DNA from: an uncultured bacterium
GTDB lineage: Bacteria; Auribacterota; Erginobacteria; Erginobacterales; Erginobacteraceae
Reading direction: 5' to 3'
Assembly: GCA_963822585.1 (NCBI GenBank)
Contig: CAWGIE010000026.1
Location: forward strand, 1-64,000
Length of the DNA: 64,000 bases
Every line of letters starts with the position of its first letter. Within the stretch, counting starts at the first letter, position 1. The notes under the pieces were generated by a model. That model did not search any database, was not told the DNA's origin, and saw only the letters and a list, made by a program, of their open reading frames with translations. Shown here in pieces: positions 26,466 to 37,159 of this stretch. The position numbers and the translations under genes were made by a program.

Positions 26466-27970
26466 GGTTGATCGCCTATCTTTCGTCCTGTTTGAAATAC
26501 GCGCTTATTCTCATCTCCCTTTTCTTCATCGTCGTCTTTCTCTGGACGACTCTTCACCGGATCATCTACCCGTATGAACTGGAATGGATGGAGGGGGCGA
26601 TGGTCGATGAATGCGTGCAGGTGCTCAACGGCCAGCCCCTCTATCGCGCGCCGTCGATGGGGTATATCCCCTTTATTTATCCCCCGCTTTATTTTTTCCT
26701 TAGCTCTCTGCTCATGAGCGTCCTCGGGATCGGTTTTTTTGCCCCCCGCCTGGTTTCTCTCTGCTCCTCAGCGGGTATCCTGGTGTTACTCTTCTCTATC
26801 GTTAAACGGGAAACTCGCCGGGCTTCCGCGGGGATCCTTGCCGCGGGTCTCTTCGCCGCTTCCTATAACGCGACCGGGGCCTGGATGGACATCGCCCGGG
26901 TTGACAGCCTCTTTCTCTTCTGGGTGACGCTGGCTGTTCTCATTGCCGGCCGCCGGAAGGCTGGAGCGGGCAACGCGGTCCTGGGCGCCGCCGTCATCTC
27001 AGCGGCCTTTTTCACCAAACAAGTGGCGCTTGCGCCGGCCCTGGCGATCGGACTTTATTATCTCGTCAGCGGATGGAAACGGGCTCTCATCTATCTGGGA
27101 ACTCTGGCGCTCATTGCGGGCGGCGGCACCCTCCTTTTGAATGCGCGTTATGGAGGCTGGTATTCCTATTACGTTTTTTTCCTCTCCTCCCGTCATGTAG
27201 TCCGGACGGCCCAGATTCGGGAATTTCTCTCCGGGGACGTCATGGGGACATTCCCGGTTATGTTCGTCCTCAGCCTGGTCTCGCCGCTGCTTCTCATGAA
27301 AAACCGGCGCTCGCTTCGGGAGGATGCCACCTGGCTCCTGTATTATCCGCTGGGGGCGAGTCTCTTCCTGGTCAGCCTGGTGGGAAGGGGCAACGTGAAC
27401 AGCTATATTAACACCCTGCTGCCCGCGGCCCTCGCCTTCGCGCTCCTTTGCGGGTGGGTATGGGGGAGAATATCAGATGGAGAGGGGAGGGGGCCGGCCC
27501 TCCTCGGTCCGGTGGTGAGTATCTGCCTGGCGCTTCAGTTTGTGATACTCGGATATCTTCCGGTTTCCCGTATTCCCCGCCCCGGCGACCGGCTGGCCGG
27601 AGACCGGCTGATCGCGTACATGAAGAGCGTGGAGGGAGAAGTCCTGCTCCCGTTCCACGGATATCTGCCCCGCCTGGCCGGAAAGGAATCGGCGGCTCAC
27701 TGGACCGCGGCCCTCGATCTTTTACTGGCCATGGGATCATCCCCGGAGGATCCGGCTCGGTCCTGGTTGGCCCAGTTCGAAGAATCCCTCCGGGAGGGGA
27801 GGTATGAATGTATAATCCTCGACCGGGAGGATTGGTTCCCCGATCTTCTGAAGGAGCGGTACCGCAGGGAAGGGAACGTCTTTGAGGACGGAACCGTCTT
27901 TTTCCCGGTCACCGGATATCCCTGGCGGCCGCAATATATCTACCGTAAAATCAATTCGCCTCCCCGTTGA
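26420..27970 (+). CDS. ArnT/PMT-like GT-C glycosyltransferase
   Basis: YPYELEWMEG, G.PLY..P...YPPLY, PRLVS, ARVDSL, FTKQ; multi-TM; start uncertain. Confidence 0.8.
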   Translation: MMKTQHFITPLLQHSRLIAYLSSCLKYALILISLFFIVVFLWTTLHRIIYPYELEWMEGAMVDECVQVLNGQPLYRAPSMGYIPFIYPPLYFFLSSLLMSVLGIGFFAPRLVSLCSSAGILVLLFSIVKRETRRASAGILAAGLFAASYNATGAWMDIARVDSLFLFWVTLAVLIAGRRKAGAGNAVLGAAVISAAFFTKQVALAPALAIGLYYLVSGWKRALIYLGTLALIAGGGTLLLNARYGGWYSYYVFFLSSRHVVRTAQIREFLSGDVMGTFPVMFVLSLVSPLLLMKNRRSLREDATWLLYYPLGASLFLVSLVGRGNVNSYINTLLPAALAFALLCGWVWGRISDGEGRGPALLGPVVSICLALQFVILGYLPVSRIPRPGDRLAGDRLIAYMKSVEGEVLLPFHGYLPRLAGKESAAHWTAALDLLLAMGSSPEDPARSWLAQFEESLREGRYECIILDREDWFPDLLKERYRREGNVFEDGTVFFPVTGYPWRPQYIYRKINSPPR

Positions 27971-27993
27971 AACGGGGAGGCGAATTGATTTTA
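27946..27993. repeat. Perfect 23-bp inverted repeat overlapping a stop codon
   Basis: taaaatcaattcgcctccccgtt-ga-aacggggaggcgaattgatttta. Confidence 0.9.
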
Positions 27994-28009
27994 AATATAT
28001 TATATCATT

Positions 28010-29560
28010 ATGAATACCGCGCGGAAAAATATATACCCTCTTTTGCTCTTTCTTCTGGCCTTGATCGTACAGCTCGCGGCTCTTTTTTATATTTTTCATC
28101 CATCGGAATTTTTCTTCAAGTACTGGGAACTGGCGCTCCGGTTCCGGGGCGTGATCGCTCCTCCCATCGAGGTTTTTTATTCCAGCCCGTTTTATATCCT
28201 TTTCCTGGCCGCGGGGCAATGGGTGGGGTGTACCGTTTTTGATCTGCAGGTCCTGCAGACGTTCCTGGGGGCGTGTAACTGCTGGCTTATTTACCGGGCG
28301 GGGACGATTTACTTCGGCCGGACGGTCGGCTGGATCGCCGGCCTGGGAGCGGTTTTTTACAGTCCCTTTGTAATCTATGATTCCAGTTTTCTGCCCGCGG
28401 TCTGGGTGATCGCCTTCAACCTGGCCGCTCTCATCTGCCTTGGCCGCGCCGGACGCGGGGGGAAGCCAGCCTGGCTGGCCGCCGCCGGACTCTGCATCGG
28501 TTTGAGTATTATCACCCGCCCCAATATCACCATTTTCCTGGTGTTTCTGCTCCTGTATTTTCTTTTCCGCCCTGCCCGCACAGAATTGATAGCCGCAGAC
28601 TTTAGTCTGCGCCGGGAAGGGCTCAGCCGCCTCCTTAAGTCAATTGCCTTGATCCTGATCCCCGCTTTGCTGGTCGTCCTTCCGGTATCGATCCGCAATT
28701 ATACCGGGAGCAGGGAGTTCATCCCGGTCACGGCCAGCGGCGGCTGGGTTTTCTATTGCGGCAATAATGAACGGACACAAGGGTTTGACTTCAGCCCTCC
28801 GCCGGGATTGCCAGACCGGATCGTCACCTATTATGCCCGGCCGGGAGGGGAGAAGCTGAGCTACCTTGAGCACCTTCTCAGCCGCCAGATGGCTTCCACG
28901 GCCGAGGGTCGCCAACTCAGCCACCGGGAGGCGACCGGTTATTGGTTTAAAGAAGGGATGTCTTTTATCCGGCAGCACCCCCGAAAATATTTAATCCTCC
29001 TGGGGAAGAAGCTGCTGGCGGCGGTAAACGGGTATGAACCGCATGATGTCCCCGAGGTCCTGGACAGGGCATCCACGCTGAATACTTATCCGTTCATCGG
29101 GATCGCGGTTCTCCTGCCACTGGCCGTACTCGGCCTCCTCGTCTGCCGGCCCCGCGCGGGCGGGATATTTCTCTATCTTTACCTGGCCGCGTATCTGATT
29201 TCATTTCTTCTCATTTATGTGATACCGCGTTTCCGTCTCCCCCTGGTTCCCGTTTTGCTGCTCTTTGCCGCCGCCGCGGTCCGGCACCTCTACCGGCGTC
29301 TCCGGGAAAAACGGTGGCTCGCCCTGGCCGGCAATATCCTGATTCTGATCGTCGTCGCGATCCCGGTAAATATCAAAACCCCGGAAATGCGACGGGACCG
29401 GGATTCCATCCGGCCGGCCTTTCTTCACGGCTGGAGAGGCCTCACCGCCATGAAACGGGGAGAGTGGGAGCGGGCGGAATCTGAATTTAATCAAGCCCTG
29501 GAACTGAACCCACAATCATACCAGGCCCGGAAGGGTCTGCAGAGCCTGCGAAAAAAGTGA
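28010..29560 (+). CDS. PMT-2/GT39-like GT-C glycosyltransferase with a C-terminal TPR
   Basis: P.Y..FLA, LQ..LG, RPN, RNY......P....GG..FY.GNN, RFRLP, TPR (ALELNP). Confidence 0.82.
   Translation: MNTARKNIYPLLLFLLALIVQLAALFYIFHPSEFFFKYWELALRFRGVIAPPIEVFYSSPFYILFLAAGQWVGCTVFDLQVLQTFLGACNCWLIYRAGTIYFGRTVGWIAGLGAVFYSPFVIYDSSFLPAVWVIAFNLAALICLGRAGRGGKPAWLAAAGLCIGLSIITRPNITIFLVFLLLYFLFRPARTELIAADFSLRREGLSRLLKSIALILIPALLVVLPVSIRNYTGSREFIPVTASGGWVFYCGNNERTQGFDFSPPPGLPDRIVTYYARPGGEKLSYLEHLLSRQMASTAEGRQLSHREATGYWFKEGMSFIRQHPRKYLILLGKKLLAAVNGYEPHDVPEVLDRASTLNTYPFIGIAVLLPLAVLGLLVCRPRAGGIFLYLYLAAYLISFLLIYVIPRFRLPLVPVLLLFAAAAVRHLYRRLREKRWLALAGNILILIVVAIPVNIKTPEMRRDRDSIRPAFLHGWRGLTAMKRGEWERAESEFNQALELNPQSYQARKGLQSLRKK
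28589..28611 (+). repeat. REP-like hairpin inside CDS
   Basis: atagc-cgcagact-tt-agtctgcg. Confidence 0.55.
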
Positions 29561-29587
29561 GCCGTACGCTCCGGGAAACTCAAGGTT

Positions 29588-29710
29588 CCCCCCTTCCTTG
29601 ATGGGAGGGGTTGGGAGAGGGTGGCCCCGCCGGACTCCCCCCTCCCTTGATGGGAGGGGGTCAGGGGGAGGGTGGCCCGACAGTTCCCTCCTCCCTTCGA
29701 TAGGAGGGAG
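29588..29710. repeat. Three tandem palindromic units (~50-bp period)
   Basis: cccccttccttgatgggaggggttgggagagggtg / ccccctcccttgatgggagggggtcagggggagggtg / ccctcctcccttcgataggaggg. Confidence 0.75.
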
Positions 29711-29772
29711 AAGGAAGAGACGAGCTCCCATTAAGAAGAGGGGCAAAGTGATGAGCCCCATCAAAGCGTAAA

Positions 29773-31518
29773 ATGGAAGATAATCGCAAAAAAATAAGTA
29801 TCCGGCAGGTGGCGACCGCACTGCTGGCGATCGGTTTTCTGGAGGGGTTTGTTATCGGCTTCATCGTTTTTTTAAACCCTCTGAAAAGAGCCCTGGATGG
29901 TGTCCTGGTTCAGAATTATCTCCATTTCCGGATGTTTCGTCTGATCGCCCTCATCTTCCAGCGTCCGTTCTTCGACTGGCTGCTTTTTGCCGTCGTTCTG
30001 GCCCTGCTCTCAACCGGTTCGGGAATGATCATCTTCCTGTTTACCCGTTCGTCCGCAAAGCGGCGGGGAGAAGGAAACGGTAAAAATGTCTGGGTTATGC
30101 TCGCCTCACTCCGCTGGTTGCGGATTGCCGGTTTCTTCTGCCTGTTTCTGCTGCTGATCGTCAACGGGGTCGTCGCCTTCTACTCCCGCGATACGGTTCA
30201 TCCGCGGCCCGACGTGGTTTTGATCGTCATTGACGCCTTGAGACCGGATCACATGAGCAGTTACGGATACGCGAAAAACACCACCCCCGCCATCGACCGG
30301 CTGGCGCGGGAGGCGACCCTCTTCAAGCAGGCGGTGGTTGTCTTCCCTCGGACCACGCCCTCGGCGGTCTCGATCATGACCGGCCTCTATCCCCATACCC
30401 ATGGTACCCGCTCTCTGTATGTGACCGGCGACATGTACGAGACCCCGGGAAATAATAACCTGGCTGAAATTTTACTGAACGAGAACTATCGAACCGCGGC
30501 CTTTCTGGACCAGAGACTTCTTCACCCGAATTCCGGCCTTCAGCAGGGTTTTATGACCTACCGCAACCTGGAAAACGACGCCGAAGTCACCCGGCAGGCC
30601 GTCTCCTGGCTGGAGCGGGGGAAAGACGATCCCCGGCCCTTTTTTCTCCTCCTCTGGTACCTGGCTCCGCACTGGCCCTACAACCCCCTGCAGAAAGACC
30701 TGGATCTTTTCTCCGCCGATCCTGCCTACGATCTCAGTCTTTTGTTCCTGAGAGGAAAAGACCCCAATCAAAGATGCTTTTCCCGGTTGTACACCCCGGA
30801 GGAGATGGGGCTGCTGATCTCGGCCTATGATGCCGAAATACGACAATCCGACACTGCCGTCGGCGGCATACTCAACTATTTACGGGGGAAAGGACTCTAT
30901 CAAGATACTCTGATTATTGTGACCGCCGATCACGGGGAAAGTCTGGGGGAGCATGATTATTATTTCGATCACGGGGAATACTATTACGATACCGACGCCC
31001 TGGTCCCACTGATTATCAAACGGCCGGAGCAGACCGGCGGCGTTGTCGTTTCCTACCAGGTAAGAAGTATCGATATCTTCCCGACTCTCCTCGGCGTTTT
31101 GGGCATCCGGGCGCCTTCCGAGGGCGTCGACCTCTTCTCGTACGGGGCCGGGAAACCCGGCGGAGCGGACGGTCTGATCGCTTTCGGAGAGAATGACTAT
31201 AGCATGTTTCCCAATAACCCGAAAAGGTACCTGAAGGGAATCGCCGGAAAATGGAGGATGGTCCGGACCGGCCGCTGGAAACTGATTTTAATCCCGCATC
31301 CCGGGGAGAATATCTTCGAGTTCTACGACCTGGCGGATGATCCCGCCGAAACCAACAACCTGATTAACGATCCGGCATACCGGGCGCGGATAGAGGAGTT
31401 GAAGAAAAAACTTTTCGGATGGATCAAGGAAGGAGATCTCCGGAATACCGATGCCCCCCAACGGGAGGAAATCGCCCCCTCCGCCCGGAAGCGTCTCCAG
31501 TCATTGGGCTATCTGTAA
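29773..31518 (+). CDS. Membrane-anchored sulfatase-fold protein (Thr at the nucleophile position)
   Basis: IVIDALRPDH, RTTPSAVSIMTG, PHWPY, YDAEI, TADHGESLGEH, YDLADDPAE, LQSLGYL; 3 N-terminal TMs. Confidence 0.88.
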   Translation: MEDNRKKISIRQVATALLAIGFLEGFVIGFIVFLNPLKRALDGVLVQNYLHFRMFRLIALIFQRPFFDWLLFAVVLALLSTGSGMIIFLFTRSSAKRRGEGNGKNVWVMLASLRWLRIAGFFCLFLLLIVNGVVAFYSRDTVHPRPDVVLIVIDALRPDHMSSYGYAKNTTPAIDRLAREATLFKQAVVVFPRTTPSAVSIMTGLYPHTHGTRSLYVTGDMYETPGNNNLAEILLNENYRTAAFLDQRLLHPNSGLQQGFMTYRNLENDAEVTRQAVSWLERGKDDPRPFFLLLWYLAPHWPYNPLQKDLDLFSADPAYDLSLLFLRGKDPNQRCFSRLYTPEEMGLLISAYDAEIRQSDTAVGGILNYLRGKGLYQDTLIIVTADHGESLGEHDYYFDHGEYYYDTDALVPLIIKRPEQTGGVVVSYQVRSIDIFPTLLGVLGIRAPSEGVDLFSYGAGKPGGADGLIAFGENDYSMFPNNPKRYLKGIAGKWRMVRTGRWKLILIPHPGENIFEFYDLADDPAETNNLINDPAYRARIEELKKKLFGWIKEGDLRNTDAPQREEIAPSARKRLQSLGYL

Positions 31519-31573
31519 TATTTTTCCCTCCCCCGGAAAACACGTCGGGGCGGAAAAATAAGAATTCAATACG

Positions 31574-33433
31574 ATGAATCTGGGAATGAACATACTCGTC
31601 TCCTTCGGCTTGCTCGTTCTGACGATGTTCTCGGCCGTCTCCTGGGGAAAATTGCTCTTCACCCGGATGACCCGACGGGGGTGGTCCCGGGGCGAGAGCC
31701 TGCTGCTCCGGGCCGGTCTGGGGTTGGGTGTGATCTCTTATCTGATCTTCTTTTCCGTCCTGGGCGGCTTCCTCTATCGTCCGGTGGTATTCGCTATCCT
31801 CCTGCTGCCCCTCGTCCGGTATCTCCCATTCCGAAAAAAGGAGCCGCGGGGAACGGTGCGGGTGTTCTCCTTTTCCCGGATGGAGCTGTTCTCTTTCATT
31901 CTCATCCTGGCGGTTCTCGGCCTGAATATTGTTTCCTCTCTGACGCCGCCCTGGGCCGGAGACGCCATCGGATATCATCTCCCGCCCCCGCGCGCCTACC
32001 TCGCCGCCCACCGGCTGGTCTGGCTGGAAGGGAACGTGCTCGCCAACCAGCCGGCCGCGGTCGGGACCCTCTTCACGGTCGGCTTTGCCGGGGGCGGCGA
32101 GTTTTTCCCCAATCTCCTGCACTGCCTTTTCGGGTTGATGAGCGCCGCCGCGGTCTATCTCTTTGGGCGTCGGCCTGCCGGTCGCTCGGCCGCCGCCCTG
32201 GGAGCGTTGATCTTCTACACCGTCCCCTCGGTGGCCCGCGTCTCCTCCTGGGCCTACATAGACCTGGGCCTGACTTTTTGGACGGTGCTTGCTCTCTTCA
32301 GTTATCTGCGCTGGAAGGAGGGGGCGGGTTCCTTCGTCCTGATCGGCCTCTTCGGAGGTCTGGCGATGGGGAGCAAATATACCGGACTTGTCCTCTTCGC
32401 GCTCCTGGCGGTGCTGGCGTTCATCGATTGTGCCCGGCACAGAGAACGCCGGCTGTTCTGCGGGAAAGTGGTTTCCTTCTCCGCGATCGCTCTTCTGGTC
32501 GCCGCTCCCTGGTATCTCAAGAACCTCTGGATGACCGGCAACCCCTTTTACCCGGTCCTTTACTCGGTCTTCGGGGGTAAAGGATGGGATGCCGCCCGGG
32601 CCCTGTATTACCGGAGCATCATCATGGGCGGCCTGAGGATGGGGCCCCTCGACTATCTGCTTCTTCCCTGGAACCTGACCGTCCGGGGAGCCTACACGTA
32701 TGATAACTTCGACGGGATTATCGGCCCCGCCTTTCTGATTTTTCTGCCGCTGGCGTTCTTTACCGGAAAGAAGAATCATTCCTTCCGTTTCCTGGGGATC
32801 TATTCTTTGATCTATTTTCTCATCTGGGCGGTTATCTCGCTCAAGGTCCGCAAACTGATCCCGGTCCTGGCGCCGGTGTCTTTACTGGCGGGTACGGCGG
32901 CAGCCGCTCTTCTGGAGGGGCGCCTCTCCCGGCTCTTGAAGGCAGTGGTTTTCTGTGTGCTCTGCCTGGTGATCGGCCTGAACCTGGGGACGATCGCCGG
33001 CGACGTGGCGAAGGTGAATCCTTTCCGTTTTGTCTCGGGGCGGGAGACGAATGATGAGTTCCTTGCCCGGAATGTGCATAATTACCGGGCGATCGATTTC
33101 GCCAACCGGAACCTGCCGGACGGTTCCGCGATCCTCTTCATCTACGGCGGAAATGCCTGGTACTATTCCCGGCATCCCACGATCGTTGACAGCATCTTCC
33201 AGGACCAGACCATCAGGGAGCTGCTGGCCGGGAGTCATTCCCCGGCTGAACTGCGGGAGGAATGTCTTCGCCGGGGGATCACCCATATCCTGGTCAATTT
33301 TAATATCGCCGCGCAGGGGCTTTTCCCCGCACTCACCCCGGAGAAAAACAAAATTCTGGAAGAGTTTTTTAAGCAAAATGCCCGGATTATCTTCCAGGAT
33401 GGACCCGATTACCTTTTCGCTGTATCTCATTAG
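31574..33433 (+). CDS. GT-C-fold membrane glycosyltransferase
   Basis: PP...DAIGYHL..P, YIDL, GSKYTG, PWYLKN...TGNPFYP; multi-TM. Confidence 0.8.
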   Translation: MNLGMNILVSFGLLVLTMFSAVSWGKLLFTRMTRRGWSRGESLLLRAGLGLGVISYLIFFSVLGGFLYRPVVFAILLLPLVRYLPFRKKEPRGTVRVFSFSRMELFSFILILAVLGLNIVSSLTPPWAGDAIGYHLPPPRAYLAAHRLVWLEGNVLANQPAAVGTLFTVGFAGGGEFFPNLLHCLFGLMSAAAVYLFGRRPAGRSAAALGALIFYTVPSVARVSSWAYIDLGLTFWTVLALFSYLRWKEGAGSFVLIGLFGGLAMGSKYTGLVLFALLAVLAFIDCARHRERRLFCGKVVSFSAIALLVAAPWYLKNLWMTGNPFYPVLYSVFGGKGWDAARALYYRSIIMGGLRMGPLDYLLLPWNLTVRGAYTYDNFDGIIGPAFLIFLPLAFFTGKKNHSFRFLGIYSLIYFLIWAVISLKVRKLIPVLAPVSLLAGTAAAALLEGRLSRLLKAVVFCVLCLVIGLNLGTIAGDVAKVNPFRFVSGRETNDEFLARNVHNYRAIDFANRNLPDGSAILFIYGGNAWYYSRHPTIVDSIFQDQTIRELLAGSHSPAELREECLRRGITHILVNFNIAAQGLFPALTPEKNKILEEFFKQNARIIFQDGPDYLFAVSH

Positions 33434-33468
33434 GGAAGGCTGGGCAGGGGAGTAATGCGTTGAAAAAT

Positions 33469-33609
33469 AGTGATCAGTAATCAGTTGAAAAGATGGTAAT
33501 CAGTAATCAGTTATCGGTAATCAGTAGGGCGCGAAGCAGCCCCCCCGGGTCATTTAATTCGCTTGCCGTTTACCGGTTACTGATCACTGATCACTGATTA
33601 CCGATTACT
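33469..33609. repeat. Family D hairpin: (GTRATCR)n ... (YGATYAC)n 7-mers
   Basis: gtgatcagtaatcag..gtaatcagtaatcagttatcggtaatcag ... ttactgatcactgatcactgattaccgattac. Confidence 0.9.
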
Positions 33610-33640
33610 TTCTAACCTTGATTCCGGGTATGATAGAGAC

Positions 33641-35422
33641 ATGGCTGGACAAAAAATCAAAACCTGCGCAATCCTGGCCCTGATTCTTCTGGCGACCGTT
33701 ATCGCCTACGGCAATTCCTTCCGGGTCCCCTTTATCTACGATGATACAAACCAGATCGTGGAAAACGCCCTGGTTAAGAATCCTTCTTTGATCCCTCGCC
33801 TCTTTACACCCGAATTTTATAAACTTTCCCCCAAACGCTTCCGGCCGGTCACCGTTCTTTTCTATGTTCTCCAATACGCGTTCTGGCGGCTTAACCCCTG
33901 GGGATATCACCTCTTCAAGCTGCTCCTTCACCTGGTCAATATCATCCTCCTGTATGCCTATCTCCGCCTGCTCCGGACCGGGACCCCGGTTGCCCTCGGC
34001 GCCGCCGCCCTTTTTGCTCTCCATCCCGCCCACGTGGAAACCGTCACCTGCATCTCCTTTCTGGACGATCCACTGATGTTCTTCTGGTTTTTTCTCAGCC
34101 TAATTGCCGCGACGCGGGCAACCCGGGTAAACCGACGTCCCTGGACCTGGACTTTCTTCTCCCTCTTTTTTTACCTTCTCTCCCTCGCCAGCAAGGAGCT
34201 GGCCCTGGTTCTGCCTCTCTGGATTTTCCTGCAGTTGCTGACCGAACGTTTCCCCGGGATCAGCCGTCGGGCGCGGTTCTGGCTGGGATTCATCGCCGTC
34301 AGTCTGGTCTGGGTCGCGATTCGTTTCTTCATCCTGGAAAAAGAGGGCTGGCTGATGATCTCGGCGGCGAGAGAAATGGGCCCGGTGAATGTCGTCTCGG
34401 CTACCTACCTCCATTACCTCCGGGTGGCCCTTATCCCGGTTAACCTTTGCCTGGATTACGTCTATCCCCTTCCTCACGGAGTTTTCTCCCTGCCGGCGAA
34501 TAGCATTCTGCTCCTTGCTCTGGCCGCGGGGATGCTTATTCTCGGTTGCGCCGCCCGGTCTCGGCTCCTTTTTCTTGGCTGGGGATGGTTCATCGTCGCC
34601 CTCCTCCCGATTGCCAATATCATCAGTCAGCCTCGTCTGGTTGCCGATCGGTATCTATATTTGCCGCTGACCGGTTTCTGTCTCGTTTTCTCCTTCCTTT
34701 TTGACAGACTGCGGAACGGCTGTAAATCGCGTCTCGGCCGCTTGATTGTTGGCGCCTGTTTTTTACTGGTGCTGATCTCCTTTGGCGTCCTGGTGCACAG
34801 TGAGAATCGGACATGGGCCGATCCCCGTCTTCTCTGGGAGGATATTCTTCGGACTTCTCCGGCCAGTGTCGCTGCCCGCAATAACCTGGGCAGCATTTAC
34901 CTGTCAGAGGGGAAGCCGGCCGCCGCCGAAAGCATGTTCAGGGATGCCCTGGATCGGGAACCCCCGGAAAAATATCGGGCGGTCATTCTTACCAATCTCG
35001 CTCTTTCCCGATGGGAACAGGGAGAGGCGGAGAACGCGGTGGGACTCCTTGTCCGCGGTGCCGCGGCGGATCCCGATTACGCGCCCGCCGCCTATGAACT
35101 GGGGAAGATATATCTTTCTCAACGGAAATACACCGAAGCCCAGGGTGCGTTCCGCCGGGCCCTTGGACTCGCCCCCTATAATTATATCGTCCATGATTAT
35201 CTGGCGGGATTTTACGCTTCCCGGGGAAATTGGGATGAAGCGGAAAGATACGCCCGGCAGGCGGTTCATCTCAACCCCGACTCCGCGATTAGCTATGATC
35301 ACCTGGGGGTTATCTATGCCAATCAAGGGAAAGGAGAGGATGCCCGCCACGCGTGGCGCCAGGCCCTGGAACTGGACCCGAGCCTGGAATCCGCCCGCCG
35401 GAACCAGGCCGCGGCCGAATAA
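33641..35422 (+). CDS. TMTC-like GT-C glycosyltransferase with TPRs
   Basis: FIYDD, FRP, ALFALHPAHVETV, SKE, P..L..DY, ADRYLYLP, W.D...LW, several TPRs. Confidence 0.88.
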   Translation: MAGQKIKTCAILALILLATVIAYGNSFRVPFIYDDTNQIVENALVKNPSLIPRLFTPEFYKLSPKRFRPVTVLFYVLQYAFWRLNPWGYHLFKLLLHLVNIILLYAYLRLLRTGTPVALGAAALFALHPAHVETVTCISFLDDPLMFFWFFLSLIAATRATRVNRRPWTWTFFSLFFYLLSLASKELALVLPLWIFLQLLTERFPGISRRARFWLGFIAVSLVWVAIRFFILEKEGWLMISAAREMGPVNVVSATYLHYLRVALIPVNLCLDYVYPLPHGVFSLPANSILLLALAAGMLILGCAARSRLLFLGWGWFIVALLPIANIISQPRLVADRYLYLPLTGFCLVFSFLFDRLRNGCKSRLGRLIVGACFLLVLISFGVLVHSENRTWADPRLLWEDILRTSPASVAARNNLGSIYLSEGKPAAAESMFRDALDREPPEKYRAVILTNLALSRWEQGEAENAVGLLVRGAAADPDYAPAAYELGKIYLSQRKYTEAQGAFRRALGLAPYNYIVHDYLAGFYASRGNWDEAERYARQAVHLNPDSAISYDHLGVIYANQGKGEDARHAWRQALELDPSLESARRNQAAAE

Positions 35423-35483
35423 TCTTTTAAGCGGACATCCGGTTGATTTGGCCCGGGTGTTACCAATACTGACAAGAGAATAA

Positions 35484-35568
35484 AACCACGAAGGACACGA
35501 AGTCCACGAAGGCTTTTATATAGAGTATGTAAAATATTCCCTTCGTGAACTTCGTGTCCTTCGCGGTG
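35484..35568. repeat. Family B hairpin
   Basis: accacgaaggacacgaagtccacgaagg ... ccttcgtgaacttcgtgtccttcgcggtg. Confidence 0.9.
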
Positions 35569-35585
35569 ATAAATAGGCCAAGAAA

Positions 35586-37055
35586 ATGAGTTGCACATCG
35601 GGAAATGGTTCGGAAAGAAATACAGTATATATATGGATCAGCATAGCCATTCTCCTGGCGGCGGGGACGGCGGCCTTCTATCCCGTGCTCCACAACGGGT
35701 TCACCAACTGGGACGACCCCGCCCAGCTTCTCGATAATCCCCTGGTCCGGGAGCTGTCCTTCCAAAACACGGTCGAGATATTCCGCTCCCGGGTGGTCAG
35801 CGAATACCACCCGCTGGTGACGATCCTTTTTTCACTGGAGTACCGGCTTTCCGGTCTTCGTCCCGCCGTCTATCATCTGCACAGCCTGCTGGTGCACCAG
35901 GCGAATACCCTGCTGGTTTTCTTCCTCCTCTTCCTGCTCGGCCGGAACCTCCCGGCAGCCCTGGCGGGCGCGCTTTTCTTCGAGATCAATCCTCTCCAGG
36001 TCCAGGCGGTGGCCTGGGTATCGGCTCGGAAAGACCTTCTCTACGCGTTCTTCTATCTGCTCGCGCTGATAACATTCATCCTCTATCACCGCCGGTCTCA
36101 GGTACGGTTCTACATCGCTTCGATTATCCTCTTTATTCTTTCTCTTCTTTGCAAAACCACCGCGGCGACCCTGCCGCCGGTGATACTGCTCTGGCTTTTC
36201 TGCTTCCGCCGGCGGGTGTCGAAGGAAGACTGGATCGCGCTGCTGCCCTTCCTGGGCATCGCGCTTGCCGTCGGTTTCCCCGTGTTGATGATGCAAACCG
36301 CCCGCTATCCGGGCAGCGCCGCCCATCTCGGCCTCTCCGGTGAAAACATGTTTCTCTCTTTCCGGAACCTGGGTTTTTATCTGACCCGGACCGTGTTCCC
36401 GGTTCGACTCTCTCCGATCGAGCTCTTTCCCCGGAGTCTGCCCTTCTTTGAGGTTCCGGTCGCGGGTTCTCTGCTCCTGGTTTGCTCCCTGGCCGTCTGG
36501 CTGGCCGCGGTCCGGAAGAGCAACCGGGATATGCTCTTCGCCGCCGGTTTTTTTGTCGTCACTCTCCTGCCCGTTCTCCGTCTCATTCCTTTCGCCGGCA
36601 TCGAGGCTGCCGCCAACCGGTTCGCCTATTTGCCTCTGGTCGGGGCCGGTTATCTGATCGGCGGAGGCATTGGCGGTCTGTTGTCCCGGGCGGGGAAAAT
36701 GAAAGCTCGGAAAACGGCAATCGTCATTCTCTGCTGTATGGCCGGTTTCTTTTTGGCGGCCGGCAGCGGGTACCGCTGCCGGCTCTGGCGGGACGGCGGC
36801 ACCCTCTGGCAGGAGGCTCTCCGGAGACAGGGGGAGAGCGACCTGGTCTATCATATGCTGGCCGACGATGCCTTCCGTTCCGGACGATATCCGGAGACAA
36901 TCTCTTTCTGCGACCGGGCGATAGATCTGAATCCGGCCATGGCCTACTCCTACCTCCTGAAATCCCGTGCCCAGCAGGGGCTGGGGAAAGAGCAAAAGGC
37001 GAAGGAAACATATCAGCAGTATGAGCAAGTGCTTCGGAGATTGGGGATCAAGTAA
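35586..37055 (+). CDS. TMTC-like GT-C glycosyltransferase with TPRs
   Basis: FTNWDD, YHPL, NPLQVQAVAWVSARKD, ANRFAYLP, W.D..TLW, TPRs. Confidence 0.88.
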   Translation: MSCTSGNGSERNTVYIWISIAILLAAGTAAFYPVLHNGFTNWDDPAQLLDNPLVRELSFQNTVEIFRSRVVSEYHPLVTILFSLEYRLSGLRPAVYHLHSLLVHQANTLLVFFLLFLLGRNLPAALAGALFFEINPLQVQAVAWVSARKDLLYAFFYLLALITFILYHRRSQVRFYIASIILFILSLLCKTTAATLPPVILLWLFCFRRRVSKEDWIALLPFLGIALAVGFPVLMMQTARYPGSAAHLGLSGENMFLSFRNLGFYLTRTVFPVRLSPIELFPRSLPFFEVPVAGSLLLVCSLAVWLAAVRKSNRDMLFAAGFFVVTLLPVLRLIPFAGIEAAANRFAYLPLVGAGYLIGGGIGGLLSRAGKMKARKTAIVILCCMAGFFLAAGSGYRCRLWRDGGTLWQEALRRQGESDLVYHMLADDAFRSGRYPETISFCDRAIDLNPAMAYSYLLKSRAQQGLGKEQKAKETYQQYEQVLRRLGIK

Positions 37056-37059
37056 CAGA

Positions 37060-37155
37060 TGATCGGTGATCAGTAATCAGTAATCGGTGCCCCGGCCACC
37101 GGCTACCGATCACCGATTACTGATTACCGATCACCGATCACTGATTACCGGTTGC
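37060..37155. repeat. Family D hairpin
   Basis: tgatcggtgatcagtaatcagtaatcggt ... accgatcaccgattactgattaccgatcaccgatcactgattacc. Confidence 0.9.
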
Positions 37156-37159
37156 CATT

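Noticed and set aside
31424..32779. Long antisense ORFs (also 1512-2492, 15877-16827, 35832-37028, 58285-59577)
   Set aside because: GC-rich shadows of well-supported genes on the opposite strand, with no recognisable motifs
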